The notes beneath the pieces are model-generated. The model saw nothing but the letters and a program-made list of their open reading frames with translations. It was not told where the DNA came from and did not search any database. From Escherichia coli (lineage in GTDB: Bacteria > Pseudomonadota > Gammaproteobacteria > Enterobacterales > Enterobacteriaceae), in NCBI RefSeq assembly GCF_003790525.1, contig NZ_CP033636.1: DNA of 64,000 nucleotides; one strand, written 5' to 3'. Made by a program: the position numbers and the translations under genes. Below, piece after piece: positions 1 through 10,847 of the stretch; position 1 is the stretch's first letter; each line of letters opens with the position of its first letter.

Positions 1-88
1 CAAAGCGACCATAAGTTGGTATGGTTTTTCCCGTATTACCATGTTCATGGGTAAACCAGAGGACGCTACTGCTTGCCAAAATCTTAAA

Positions 89-126
89 GGGGAGCCCGCA
101 GAATTCGGAAAAAATCGTACGCTAAG
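89..126. repeat. 38-bp terminal inverted repeat of Tn1721 (tet end)
   Basis: Read directly: GGGGAGCCCGCAGAATTCGGAAAAAATCGTACGCTAAG, which matches the Tn1721/Tn501-type IR as recalled; it abuts the 3' end of the truncated tnpA. Confidence 0.8.
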
Positions 127-1942
127 GTTTTCCGGGCATCCGTAAGGGCCGAAACTTCCCGTCTTCCAGTCTGCGGCTCTGCCGCCAGACGTAATCGCCG
201 GTTAGGTTGATGTGCTCCCAGCCCAGCGGCGACAGGAATTGCAGCAGCTCGCCGTCCACCGGCTTGCCGGCCTCGACCAACCCCTGGGTGGCGCGTTCCA
301 GGTACACCGTGTTCCACAGCACGATAGCCGCCGTCACCAGGTTGAGGCCGCTGGCCCGGTAGCGCTGCTGCTCGAAGCTCCGATCCCTGATTTCCCCAAG
401 GCGGTTGAAGAACACCGCCCTGGCCAGCGAGTTGCGCGCCTCACCTTTGTTCAGGCCGGCATGCACGCGGCGGCGCAGTTCAACACTTTGCAGCCAGTCC
501 AGGATGAACAGCGTGCGCTCGATCCGGCCCAGCTCGCGCAGGGCCACGGCCAGTCCGTTCTGGCGCGGGTAGCTGCCGAGCTTGCGCAGCATCAGCGAGG
601 CGGTGACGGTGCCCTGCTTGATCGAGCTGGCCAGGCGCAGGATGTCGTCCCAGTGGGCACGCACGTGCTTGATGTTCAGGGTGCCGCCGATCAGCGGGCG
701 CAACGTCGGGTAGGCTTGCACGCCCTGCGGCACGTACAGCTTGGTTTCGCCGAGGTCGCGGATGCGCGGCGCGAAGCGGAAGCCTAGCAGGTGCATCAGG
801 GCAAAGACGTGATCGGTGAAGCCGGCCGTGTCGGTGTAGTGCTCCTCGATCCGCAGGTCGGACTCGTGGTACAGCAGGCCGTCGAGCACATAGGTGGAAT
901 CGCGGACGCCGACATTCACCACGCGGGTGCTGAACGGCGCGTACTGGTCGGAGATATGGGTATAGAACAGCCGTCCCGGCTCGCTACCGTACTTCGGGTT
1001 GACGTGCCCGGTGCTCTCGCCCCGGCCACCCGCGCGGAAGCGCTGGCCATCGGAGGATGAGGTCGTGCCGTCGCCCCAGTGGGCGGCAAAGGCGTGGCGA
1101 TACTGGTGGTTGACCAGCTCGGCCAAGGCCGCCGAATAGGTTTCGTCGCGGATGTGCCAGGCTTGCAGCCAGGACAGCTTGGCGTAGGTCAGGCCGGGGC
1201 TCGACTCGGCCATCTTGGTCAGCCCGAGGTTGATCGCATCACCGAGGATTGCGGACAGCAGCAACGTCCTGTCTTTGGCCTCGGCCCCGTCCTTCAAGTG
1301 GGTGAAGTGGCGGCTGAAGCCCGTCCAGTCGTCCACGTCCATCAGCAGTTCGGTGATCTTGATGCGCGGCAGTAACTGGCTGGTTTGGTCGATCAGCGCC
1401 TGCGCCCGATCCGGCACCGCCGCATCCAGCGGGGTGATTTTCAGCCCTGACTCGGTGAGGATGGCATCGGGCAGCTCGTTGTCCTTGGCCAGGCGGGTGA
1501 CGGTGGCCAACTGCTCGTCCAGCAGCTGCAAACGCTCTTCCAGGTACTGGTCGCTGTTCGGGTTGATCGCCAGGGGCAGGGCCTGCTCGCGCTTGAGTGC
1601 GGCGAACTTCTCGGCCGGCAGCAGGTAGTCGTCGAAGTCGCGGAACTGCCGCGAGCCCTTGACCCAGATGTCGCCGGAGCGCAGGGCGTTCTTCAGCTCG
1701 GACAGGGCGCAGATTTCGTAGAATTTCCGGTCGAGGCCTTCCGGGGTGATCACCAGCGGCTTCCAGCGCGGCTTGATGAAGGCCGTGGGTGCATCGGCCG
1801 GCACCTTGCGCAGGTTGTCGGCGTTCATCTCACGCAGGGTCTGCACGGCTGCCAGCACGCCTTGCGCGGCCGGCCCGTGCTGTTCCCCAACTTTTCGCTC
1901 GGCGAAGAGTATGAACATGCGCCGCCGGCGACGAATCGCCAA
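122..1942 (-). pseudogene. tnpA: Tn3-family transposase TnpA, 5'-truncated (C-terminal ~600 aa only), Tn1721-type remnant
   Basis: 606-aa ORF aligns by eye with the C-terminal two-thirds of the full-length Tn21-type TnpA at 26136-29087; no N-terminal region present; ends inside the IR. Confidence 0.85.
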
Positions 1943-2269
1943 ATCTCACCGTATCTCCCGAGCGGACGATTTCGCACCGGTCTGCCCGTCGAAGGGCTTG
2001 CGATCGAACGGGGCGACCTTTTCTATGCATGTCCGCGAGCCAGCGTCTTTTATGGCACGGCGCTCGACGCCGACCTTCGGACGCGCGGCGTAAGCACGCT
2101 TGTCATGGCCGGGATAAGCACCACCGGCGTTGTTCTTTCAAGCGTCGCCTGGGCTAGTGATGCGGACTACGACGTGCGTTTGGTCCAGGACTGCTGCTAC
2201 GACCCGGATCGGGATGCCCACGAAGCTCTGTTGCGTTCCGGGTTCGGCGGACGTGTACAGGTCGTGTAA
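1862..2269 (+). pseudogene. possible isochorismatase-family hydrolase remnant
   Basis: ORF translation has a cysteine-hydrolase-like C-terminal pattern; overlaps the tnpA fragment; weak. Confidence 0.3.
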
Positions 2270-2406
2270 TTTTCGGGCCTCGCATGATCGCGGCCATAGC
2301 CGCAGGTGGATTGGTGCGAGGCAGGGCCAGTCCAAGTCAGGGTGCGGTCATCGCGGCGCCTGCAACTCTCAAAAACCCATCGCCGTAGCGGAGGTCTTGT
2401 AATCGC

Positions 2407-3291
2407 ATGTCATTACGCACGCCCGATTTATTGTTCACAGCGATAGCACCTGCCATTTGGGGCAGCACCTACATTGTCACCACCCAATACCTGCCGAACT
2501 TCTCACCGATGACGGTCGCGATGCTGCGGGCGTTGCCGGCGGGTTTATTGCTCGTGATGATCGTCCGACAGATTCCAACGGGAATCTGGTGGATGCGCAT
2601 CTTCATCCTCGGCGCACTTAATATTTCGCTATTCTGGAGCTTGTTGTTTATTTCGGTCTACCGCCTGCCGGGCGGGGTCGCGGCGACGGTAGGCGCTGTG
2701 CAGCCGCTGATGGTCGTGTTCATCTCTGCCGCTCTGCTAGGTAGCCCGATACGATTGATGGCGGTCCTGGGGGCTATTTGCGGAACTGCGGGCGTGGCGC
2801 TGTTGGTGTTGACACCAAACGCAGCGCTAGATCCTGTCGGCGTCGCAGCGGGCCTGGCGGGGGCGGTTTCCATGGCGTTCGGAACCGTGCTGACCCGCAA
2901 GTGGCAACCTCCCGTGCCTCTGCTCACCTTTACCGCCTGGCAACTGGCGGCCGGAGGACTTCTGCTCGTTCCAGTAGCTTTAGTGTTTGATCCGCCAATC
3001 CCGATGCCTACAGGAACCAATGTTCTCGGCCTGGCGTGGCTCGGCCTGATCGGAGCGGGTTTAACCTACTTCCTTTGGTTCCGGGGGATCTCGCGACTCG
3101 AACCTACAGTTGTTTCCTTACTGGGCTTTCTCAGCCCGGGGACCGCCGTGTTGCTAGGATGGTTGTTCTTGGATCAGACGCTGAGTGCGCTTCAAATCAT
3201 CGGCGTCCTGCTCGTGATCGGGAGTATCTGGCTGGGCCAACGTTCCAACCGCACTCCTAGGGCGCGTATAGCTTGCCGGAAGTCGCCTTGA
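2407..3291 (+). CDS. pecM: EamA/DMT-family transporter (PecM-like), typical of the Tn1721 tet(A) module
   Basis: 294-aa polytopic membrane protein with EamA-like repeats, in the expected position next to tetA(A). Confidence 0.8.
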   Translation: MSLRTPDLLFTAIAPAIWGSTYIVTTQYLPNFSPMTVAMLRALPAGLLLVMIVRQIPTGIWWMRIFILGALNISLFWSLLFISVYRLPGGVAATVGAVQPLMVVFISAALLGSPIRLMAVLGAICGTAGVALLVLTPNAALDPVGVAAGLAGAVSMAFGTVLTRKWQPPVPLLTFTAWQLAAGGLLLVPVALVFDPPIPMPTGTNVLGLAWLGLIGAGLTYFLWFRGISRLEPTVVSLLGFLSPGTAVLLGWLFLDQTLSALQIIGVLLVIGSIWLGQRSNRTPRARIACRKSP

Positions 3292-3322
3292 CCCGCATGG
3301 CATAGGCCTATCGTTTCCACGA

Positions 3323-4522
3323 TCAGCGATCGGCTCGTTGCCCTGCGCCGCTCCAAAGCCCGCGACGCAGCGCCGGCAGGCAGAGCAAGTAGAGGGCAGC
3401 GCCTGCAATCCATGCCCACCCGTTCCACGTTGTTATAGAAGCCGCATAGATCGCCGTGAAGAGGAGGGGTCCGACGATCGAGGTCAGGCTGGTGAGCGCC
3501 GCCAGTGAGCCTTGCAGCTGCCCCTGACGTTCCTCATCCACCTGCCTGGACAACATTGCTTGCAGCGCCGGCATTCCGATGCCACCCGAAGCAAGCAGGA
3601 CCATGATCGGGAACGCCATCCATCCCCGTGTCGCGAAGGCAAGCAGGATGTAGCCTGTGCCGTCGGCAATCATTCCGAGCATGAGTGCCCGCCTTTCGCC
3701 GAGCCGGGCGGCTACAGGGCCGGTGATCATTGCCTGGGCGAGTGAATGCAGAATGCCAAATGCGGCAAGCGAAATGCCGATCGTGGTCGCGTCCCAGTGA
3801 AAGCGATCCTCGCCGAAAATGACCCAAAGCGCGGCCGGCACCTGTCCGACAAGTTGCATGATGAAGAAGACCGCCATCAGGGCGGCGGCGACGGTCATGC
3901 CCCGGGCCCACCGGAACGAAGCGAGCGGGTTGAGAGCCTCCCGGCGTAACGGCCGGCGTTCGCCTTTGTGCGACTCCGGCAAAAGGAAACAGCCCGTCAG
4001 GAAATTGAGGCCGTTCAAGGCTGCCGCGGCGAAGAACGGAGCGTGGGGGGAGAAACCGCCCATCAGCCCACCGAGCACAGGTCCCGCGACCATCCCGAAC
4101 CCGAAACAGGCGCTCATGAAGCCGAAGTGCCGCGCGCGCTCATCGCCATCAGTGATATCGGCAATATAAGCGCCGGCTACCGCCCCAGTCGCCCCGGTGA
4201 TGCCGGCCACGATCCGCCCGATATAGAGAACCCAAAGGAAAGGCGTCGTCGCCATGATGGCGTAGTCGACAGCAGCGCCGGCCAGCGAGACGAGCAAGAC
4301 CGGCCGCCGCCCGAAACGATCCGACAGCGCGCCCAGCACAGGTGCGCAGGCAAATTGCATCAACGCATACAGCGCCAGCAGAATGCCATAGTGGGCGGTG
4401 ACGTCGTTCGAGTGAACCAGATCGCGCAGGAGGCCCGGCAGCACCGGCATAATCAGGCCGATGCCGACAGCGTCGAGCGCGACAGTGCTCAGAATTACGA
4501 TCAGGGGTCTGTTGGGTTTCAC
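3323..4522 (-). CDS. tetA: tetracycline efflux MFS transporter TetA(A)
   Basis: Translation matches TetA(A) from recall (KPNRPLIVILSTVALDAVGIGLIMPVLPGLLRDL...); start placed at the GTG giving 399 aa; the ORF track extends 25 codons further upstream. Confidence 0.9.
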   Translation of the reverse strand: MKPNRPLIVILSTVALDAVGIGLIMPVLPGLLRDLVHSNDVTAHYGILLALYALMQFACAPVLGALSDRFGRRPVLLVSLAGAAVDYAIMATTPFLWVLYIGRIVAGITGATGAVAGAYIADITDGDERARHFGFMSACFGFGMVAGPVLGGLMGGFSPHAPFFAAAALNGLNFLTGCFLLPESHKGERRPLRREALNPLASFRWARGMTVAAALMAVFFIMQLVGQVPAALWVIFGEDRFHWDATTIGISLAAFGILHSLAQAMITGPVAARLGERRALMLGMIADGTGYILLAFATRGWMAFPIMVLLASGGIGMPALQAMLSRQVDEERQGQLQGSLAALTSLTSIVGPLLFTAIYAASITTWNGWAWIAGAALYLLCLPALRRGLWSGAGQRADR

Positions 4523-4627
4523 GTCTGGCCTCCGGACCAGCCTCCGCTGGTCCGATTGAACGCGCGGATTCTTTATCACTGATAAGTTGGTGGACATATT
4601 ATGTTTATCAGTGATAAAGTGTCAAGC
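4523..4627. promoter_or_regulatory. divergent tetA/tetR promoter-operator region
   Basis: 105-bp intergenic region between divergent tetA(A) and tetR(A); operators expected from the known TetR system, not mapped base by base. Confidence 0.6.
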
Positions 4628-5278
4628 ATGACAAAGTTGCAGCCGAATACAGTGATCCGTGCCGCCCTGGACCTGTTGAACGAGGTCGGCGTAGACGGTC
4701 TGACGACACGCAAACTGGCGGAACGGTTGGGGGTTCAGCAGCCGGCGCTTTACTGGCACTTCAGGAACAAGCGGGCGCTGCTCGACGCACTGGCCGAAGC
4801 CATGCTGGCGGAGAATCATACGCATTCGGTGCCGAGAGCCGACGACGACTGGCGCTCATTTCTGATCGGGAATGCCCGCAGCTTCAGGCAGGCGCTGCTC
4901 GCCTACCGCGATGGCGCGCGCATCCATGCCGGCACGCGACCGGGCGCACCGCAGATGGAAACGGCCGACGCGCAGCTTCGCTTCCTCTGCGAGGCGGGTT
5001 TTTCGGCCGGGGACGCCGTCAATGCGCTGATGACAATCAGCTACTTCACTGTTGGGGCCGTGCTTGAGGAGCAGGCCGGCGACAGCGATGCCGGCGAGCG
5101 CGGCGGCACCGTTGAACAGGCTCCGCTCTCGCCGCTGTTGCGGGCCGCGATAGACGCCTTCGACGAAGCCGATCCGGACGCAGCGTTCGAGCAGGGACTC
5201 GCGGTGATTGTCGATGGATTGGCGAAAAGGAGGCTCGTTGTCAGGAACGTTGAAGGACCGAGAAAGGGTGACGATTGA
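4628..5278 (+). CDS. tetR: tetracycline repressor TetR(A)
   Basis: 216-aa translation from the ATG at 4628 (MTKLQPNTVIRAALDLLNEVG...) matches TetR(A) from recall. Confidence 0.9.
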   Translation: MTKLQPNTVIRAALDLLNEVGVDGLTTRKLAERLGVQQPALYWHFRNKRALLDALAEAMLAENHTHSVPRADDDWRSFLIGNARSFRQALLAYRDGARIHAGTRPGAPQMETADAQLRFLCEAGFSAGDAVNALMTISYFTVGAVLEEQAGDSDAGERGGTVEQAPLSPLLRAAIDAFDEADPDAAFEQGLAVIVDGLAKRRLVVRNVEGPRKGDD

Positions 5279-5362
5279 TCAGGACCGCTGCCGGAGCGCA
5301 ACCCACTCACTACAGCAGAGCCATGTAGACAACATCCCCTCCCCCTTTCCACCGCGTCAGAC

Positions 5363-5391
5363 GCCCGTAGCAGCCCGCTACGGGCTTTTTC
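5363..5391 (+). terminator. putative intrinsic terminator downstream of tetR
   Basis: Hairpin GCCCGTAGC-AGCCC-GCTACGGGC followed by TTTTT, read directly. Confidence 0.45.
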
Positions 5392-5669
5392 ATGCCCTGC
5401 CCTAGCGTCCAAGCCTCACGGCCGCGCTCGGCCTCTCTGGCGGCCTTCTGGCGCTCCTGCTGCGGCGTCCGCTCGTGGGCCGTGGCGCGGGTCCGCGCGC
5501 CGGCCTCGTGCGCCTGGCGCTCGCGGGCGAGGTCCAGGGCGGCCGTCTTCACGTTCTGCCTTGCGCAGATGAGATAGGAGAGCATGAAAAACCTCGGGGC
5601 AGCCATCGAATGATGCCATCTACAGGGGTTAAAATAACCACCATCATTTCATAACAATACCTGCTGACT

Positions 5670-6260
5670 ATGAAGATCTACGTCATCAAAATAGCAGTTC
5701 ATGGAGTCAGTCCGATGGTCTGGCGTCGGCTGAGAATTGCTGCCGACACGTCACTGGCCGCGCTTCACTTCATTTTCCAGATAGTGCAGGGCTGGGGGGA
5801 CGACCATCTCCATCAATTTCACATTTATGGCAAAGATTACGGTATCTCCTACGAAGGAGGCATCGGTTTTGTCGATAATCCGTTCCGGGTCGTGATTGAT
5901 GATTTTGCTTTTGATGCTGGCGATCGCTTTACCTATGAATACAATTTCTTTGAGCACTGGCTTCATGACATTCGTGTTGAGGCCATTTATGAAAACTCTA
6001 CGCTGAAAGCGCCGTTTTGTATAAGCGGCCATGGTATGCCCGGAGCCACAGCTGCGGATGAGTTCGATAAAACCCTGGCGTTTCTTGAAGCTATCGTTAA
6101 TGCGGATGATGAAACAACGGTCGGCGAGATCCGCCCTTTTGCTGACGACCTGGATGCTGTCAGGTTCAACCGCCACAAAATCAACCGGCAACTGAGCAGG
6201 CTCGACCTTGCATCTCCGGTACTGGAGCCTGAAGTTATCTGGCTGGGCCGTCGTCGCTGA
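5670..6260 (+). CDS. pRiA4b ORF-3-like family protein, often an IS passenger gene
   Basis: 196-aa translation resembles the plasmid pRiA4b ORF-3-like family; recall-based. Confidence 0.45.
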   Translation: MKIYVIKIAVHGVSPMVWRRLRIAADTSLAALHFIFQIVQGWGDDHLHQFHIYGKDYGISYEGGIGFVDNPFRVVIDDFAFDAGDRFTYEYNFFEHWLHDIRVEAIYENSTLKAPFCISGHGMPGATAADEFDKTLAFLEAIVNADDETTVGEIRPFADDLDAVRFNRHKINRQLSRLDLASPVLEPEVIWLGRRR

Positions 6261-6396
6261 CTGATGTCTATAAAGGTATACGTTTTCAGCATGCCTCTCA
6301 GATCCCCGAAAAAATGTCTATAAACCTCCCTAAATCAGTGTTTATGGATTATTCTTTAAATCTCTATGATGTTTAAAGACCTTCCGGAGGTTTTGC

Positions 6397-6969
6397 GTGC
6401 AATATGCCTACATCAGGGTAAGCTCGGCCGATCAGAATACGGCCCGTCAGGAAGAGGCATTGTCAAAGGCGGGTTTTCAGCCTGATAAAATTTGTGTTGA
6501 GCATGCCAGCGCGAAGGACACAAACCGCCCGGGGTTACAGGAACTCCTGGGGCAATTACGCCCTGGTGATACGCTTCTGGTTCATTCCATCGATCGCCTT
6601 TGCCGGAATATGTCGGATATGTGCGCTGTCACCACCCGGCTTCGTGACCAGGGCGTTACCCTTATTTTTCTGAAAGAGCAGCTGACGTTCAGCGCCGGCA
6701 CAAACAATCCGATGCAGGAACTGCAGCTGCACATGATGTCGGCATTCAGCCAGTTTGAACGAGCCTTACTGAAGGAAAGGCAGGCCGACGGCATCGCCGC
6801 GAAAAAAGCACGGGGTGAAAAAACAGGGCGCCCCGGCGCCGATATCAAAAAGATCCAGGAAATTGACGCACTCAGAAGCAGAGGGGTCAGGCTCAGGATC
6901 GCCTGCGACCATGCGGGCCTTGGCGTTTCCACATATTATAAGCTTCGTCACCAGATGAACAACCAGTAG
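6397..6969 (+). CDS. serine recombinase (resolvase/invertase family)
   Basis: N-terminal YIRVSS catalytic-serine motif and C-terminal HTH-like region. Confidence 0.7.
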   Translation: MQYAYIRVSSADQNTARQEEALSKAGFQPDKICVEHASAKDTNRPGLQELLGQLRPGDTLLVHSIDRLCRNMSDMCAVTTRLRDQGVTLIFLKEQLTFSAGTNNPMQELQLHMMSAFSQFERALLKERQADGIAAKKARGEKTGRPGADIKKIQEIDALRSRGVRLRIACDHAGLGVSTYYKLRHQMNNQ

Positions 6970-7002
6970 CCGGGAGATAGTCATCCACCACAGCAGGAGG
7001 CA

Positions 7003-8397
7003 ATGATGCAACTGACGCTCCAGATAGTCATCACCGATGAATCAGGCTCCAGTCGAACGGAGGAACTGATGACAATCCAGAAATCAGGGGAGACCCGGAA
7101 CGACATCGGATTATCGGTGTCAGAATCCAAGCTGTTGCTGAATACGGTCCAGCAGTCGGTGGTCCAGCTGCAGGCAGACGAATATACTCAACACCATATC
7201 CGGTGCCCTCACTGCCTTGCTGCGCGCAGAATCAAAGGCAAACAGAAAATACGGTACCGGACGCTGTTTGGCGTTATTCCGGTATCCGGGCTTCGGGTGT
7301 ACCGGTGCCGTTGTGAAGAGAGTGATACAAAGACAGTCAGTTTGCTCAGCGACTGGGCCGGCGATTATTCTCACCCGGCACTGAAATATATTGAAACCCG
7401 CTGGGCCTCGATGATCTCCTATGAAATGACGACTCGTCTGCTGAAAGATATTCTGCCGGTGGGCCACAGCCTGAATGCCTCAACGGTGAGGAATCATTTA
7501 TGCCAGGTGGCGCAGCGTCTTGACGCTGAGGCTGAAGCTCATTCAGGTTTTCTTTCCGGCTGCCCCCGCGACTGGGGGAACCTGCCCAGGCCAGGAAAAC
7601 CGCTTGTGGTGGGTATAGATGGTGGTTATGTTCGCGATCGGGATGACAAAAAGCGTAATTTTGAAATTATTGCCGGGAAGTCTTTTTCCGTTGGTGCGCC
7701 TGCTGACACCCGCCGCTTCGGTTTTGTTCAGAAGGATGACTGTCATCCGGAACGCAGGCTCATGACCCACCTTTCAGCGCAGGGAATGCAGGCCAACCAG
7801 CAGATATTTTTTCTGTCCGACGGCGCGGATAATCTCAGGGACCTCCAGTTCGGTATGTACCCTGAGTCAACGCATGTGCTGGACTGGTTTCATATCACCA
7901 TGAGGCTGAAGGTGCTCATGCAATATGCCCGGGGACTGCTGGTATCAGATCCAGAGGCGGGGAGTAAAGTTCTGGCACTGCTGGAAAGCATTAAACGATA
8001 TCTCTGGCATGGCAATGTTGTCGCTGCGCTGGAACATATTGATAATTGCGTTATGTATTGCGATGACCCTGAACTCAGCTATCCTAGCCTGAAATCCCTG
8101 CAAAAACATCTGGATGAAATGTATACCTACATCCGGAATAATAAGATGATGATCCCAAACTACGGCGAAATGCGTCGGTACGGAGAGCCGGTATCAACCG
8201 CGTTTGTGGAATCCACGATCAATGAAGTGATCGCCAGACGAATGGCCAAAAAGCAGCAGATGCAGTGGAGCAGAAAAGGGGCTCATTATTTGTTACAGAC
8301 CCGGACCGCCGTTTTGAATAACGAACTGCAGGATAAATTTGTCTGCTGGTATCCGGGTTTTCAAAGTGACGGGAAGGGACCAGCGATGGCAGCATAG
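7003..8397 (+). CDS. tnp: ISKra4-family transposase (ISKpn19-like), the usual neighbour of qnrS1
   Basis: 464-aa translation recalled as ISKpn19/ISKra4-family transposase; sits upstream of qnrS1. Confidence 0.65.
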   Translation: MMQLTLQIVITDESGSSRTEELMTIQKSGETRNDIGLSVSESKLLLNTVQQSVVQLQADEYTQHHIRCPHCLAARRIKGKQKIRYRTLFGVIPVSGLRVYRCRCEESDTKTVSLLSDWAGDYSHPALKYIETRWASMISYEMTTRLLKDILPVGHSLNASTVRNHLCQVAQRLDAEAEAHSGFLSGCPRDWGNLPRPGKPLVVGIDGGYVRDRDDKKRNFEIIAGKSFSVGAPADTRRFGFVQKDDCHPERRLMTHLSAQGMQANQQIFFLSDGADNLRDLQFGMYPESTHVLDWFHITMRLKVLMQYARGLLVSDPEAGSKVLALLESIKRYLWHGNVVAALEHIDNCVMYCDDPELSYPSLKSLQKHLDEMYTYIRNNKMMIPNYGEMRRYGEPVSTAFVESTINEVIARRMAKKQQMQWSRKGAHYLLQTRTAVLNNELQDKFVCWYPGFQSDGKGPAMAA

Positions 8398-8420
8398 CTC
8401 ACGCTGCCCCAATATTTTTT

Positions 8421-8858
8421 ATGCTCTCGGTCGTATGGAAGCTGGACCGCCTCGGTCGTGATCTTCGTCATCTCATTAATACAGTGCACGACCTGACCGC
8501 GAGGGGGACCGGTCTGAAAGTGCTGACCGGTCACGGGGCGACTATCGACACAACAACGGCCGCTGGCAAGCTTGTCTTCGGTATCTTTGCCGCACTGGCG
8601 GAGTTTGAGCGCGAACTGATTGCTGAAAGAACGACTGCAGGTCTGGCATCAGCAAGAGCCCGTGGGCGGAACGGCGGCCGACCTTATAAAATGACGCCAG
8701 TCAAACTGCGACTGGCAATGGCATCAATGGGACAATCAGAAACAAAGGTCAGTACGCTATGCCAGGAACTTGGGATAACCCGGCAAACTTTGTACAGGCA
8801 TATTTCCCCTGTTGGTCAACTGCGGGCGGACGGGATCAAGCTGCTCAACCGTGGATAA
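8421..8858 (+). pseudogene. serine recombinase/resolvase fragment lacking the N-terminal catalytic region
   Basis: Translation has the resolvase central and C-terminal HTH portions but no catalytic serine region; starts right after the ISKra4-family transposase. Confidence 0.6.
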
Positions 8859-9176
8859 TTTGAACGGACGGAAAAATCTGGGGTTCCGGCGTAGTACCCC
8901 TATCACCTCCACATTTTTGCAACAGTGCCTTATAAATGGCAGCCTTATGTTTACTTGCCAAGATGGGCTACCATATGATGTTTTATACTGAGCAATATTA
9001 ATATTATCTTTAATGGAAAAATTAAGCCCACTAAGTGACCCACTGCTATATGGCTCTATTGTGAAGACGCCTGAGGGTAAAAATTTATACATGGTTGTCC
9101 CTATGTCTATTATTGCAAGGTTGACAATATTATTCGTTTTATAAATTTGAGCGTTTAAAATCACACATCAAAGCAA

Positions 9177-9833
9177 TTAGTCAGGATAAACAACAATACC
9201 CAGTGCTTCGAGAATCAGTTCTTGCTGCCAGGCTGCAATTTTGATACCTGATGTATCGACTTTGCGGGGATCTAAACCGTCGAGTTCGGCGTGGCATAAA
9301 TTGGCACCCTGTAGGCTAAATTGCCCCCAGACATCTTCGGAAAAAACACCTCGACTTAAGTCTGACTCTTTCAGTGATGCACCCGCTAGGTTCGTTCCTA
9401 TCCAGCGATTTTCAAACAACTCACATTTTTCTAAACAAACCCTCTCCATATTGGCATAGGAAAGATTACATCCAGAAATAAATGCTGAGCAAAAGTACAT
9501 ACGATTACTCACTTGATGGGCAAAGTTTGTTCGGGAAAAGTTGGCACCTTTTAAATCACACGCACGGAACTCTATACCGTAGCAATTGGCATTACTGAAG
9601 TTTGCCATCGCAAGTTGGCATTGTTGGAAACTTGCATCACGAAGATCTGCGACATCAAAGTGGCAGCCTTCGATATCACCCTGTTCAATGAACTTGCAGT
9701 TGACGAATGTCGTATCACGCAAGTTAGCACGTCGAAAGTCGCTGCGAATGAATGTGCAAGCGGTGAAGGTGAGATCACTTAAGTCTTTATGTGAAAAGTT
9801 GTGGTGCCGATATGTATGATTGTAGGTTTCCAT
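9177..9833 (-). CDS. qnrS1: pentapeptide-repeat quinolone-resistance protein QnrS1
   Basis: 218-aa translation (METYNHTYRHHNFSHKDLSDLTFTACTF...ALGIVVYPD) matches QnrS1 from recall; tandem pentapeptide repeats visible. Confidence 0.9.
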   Translation of the reverse strand: METYNHTYRHHNFSHKDLSDLTFTACTFIRSDFRRANLRDTTFVNCKFIEQGDIEGCHFDVADLRDASFQQCQLAMANFSNANCYGIEFRACDLKGANFSRTNFAHQVSNRMYFCSAFISGCNLSYANMERVCLEKCELFENRWIGTNLAGASLKESDLSRGVFSEDVWGQFSLQGANLCHAELDGLDPRKVDTSGIKIAAWQQELILEALGIVVYPD

Positions 9834-10136
9834 GAGTACTCCTTGTTGAAAGGAGGGCTAGACTACCATTATACATATGCCAAGACATTAAAATAAAAGC
9901 CTGTTACATCAACACATTACAACCCCTCAATTTACCTGTTTTAAGTGGTCAAATTGGCGCGTAGAGCGCCTATCGCTCTTGCATTGGCACGCGGCCCTGT
10001 TGAAAAAAGTTATTCGCTTTAGATAGGGTTAGGAGAGCCGTGCTTCGCCGGTAAAAAATCGGACTATCCGACGCAGGGCGGACTCATCGGCGGAGAAGCA
10101 AACTTTGACTATATCTCCCTACACTTGGAAGAGGGC

Positions 10137-10847
10137 TAGACTGGCCCCATAGATCACCAGACACTTCGACTCTCTTAAAATAAGAGGTAGTCTTGGAACT
10201 ATGTTTAATACCAGTCAGAACGATAAGATGGTTGAAGTGTTATCAGGACCTGAGCGGCGTCGGCGTCGTACACCGCAGGAAAAAATTGCCATTATTCAGC
10301 AGACTATGGAGCCCGGTATGACCGTGTCTCATGTCGCGCGCCTGCATGGCATCAATGCAAACCAGATATTCAAATGGCGCAAGCAATATTAAGACGGTTC
10401 ACTGACGGCTGTTGCATCGGGCGAGGAAGTGGTGCCGGCCTCCGAACTCGCTGCCGCCAATAAGCAAATTCGCGAACTCCAGCGCCTTCTGGGCAAAAAG
10501 ACGATGGAAGCCGAGATACTCAAAGAGGCCGTGGAGTTCGGCCGGGCAAAAAAATGGATTGCGCATGCGCCCTCGTTGCCTGGGAACGACGAATAAGCGA
10601 CGTTTGCAGAAGTCTTAGCGTGTCGCGTGCGCAGTTGAGCATTCGGGTTCACCGGCCATCTGACTGACAGGATCGCAGACGGCAGCCCCGTTCTGACGAT
10701 ACCACCGTATTGTCCCGGATAAACATGGCGGTGGCTGACCTGCCGACGTATGGTTATCGCCGTGTGTGGGCGCTGCTGCGACGGGAGTCGGAGCGGGACG
10801 GCCTGCCTGTGGTTAATGCAAAGCGGGTGTATCGCATTATGAGAACG
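10137..10847 (+). mobile_element. IS3-family (IS2-like) remnant: orfA with an in-frame nonsense codon, orfB cut by IS26
   Basis: Left end TAGACTGGCCCC resembles IS2 IRL; the orfA frame 10201-10596 carries TAA at 10390-10392 where IS2 InsC continues QEGSL; sequence stops at IS26 (10848). Confidence 0.6.

Noticed and set aside
212-1628. Plus-strand ORFs (212-787, 791-1060, 1079-1375, 1215-1628) overlapping the truncated tnpA
   Set aside because: Antisense frames inside a GC-rich transposase gene with low-complexity Ala/Arg/Gly-rich translations; the minus-strand frame has clear TnpA homology.
5310-5619. Minus-strand ORFs (5310-5606, 5416-5619) downstream of tetR as a relaxase or mobilisation remnant
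   Set aside because: Arg/Ala-rich low-complexity translations in a GC-rich stretch; could not be matched to any family by eye.
9853-10142. Two copies of GAGGGCTAGACT (about 9853 and 10131) considered as IS2 inverted repeats or a target duplication
   Set aside because: Both copies are in the same orientation and only about 12 bp long; not consistent with IS2 terminal IRs; probably coincidental or a local rearrangement scar.
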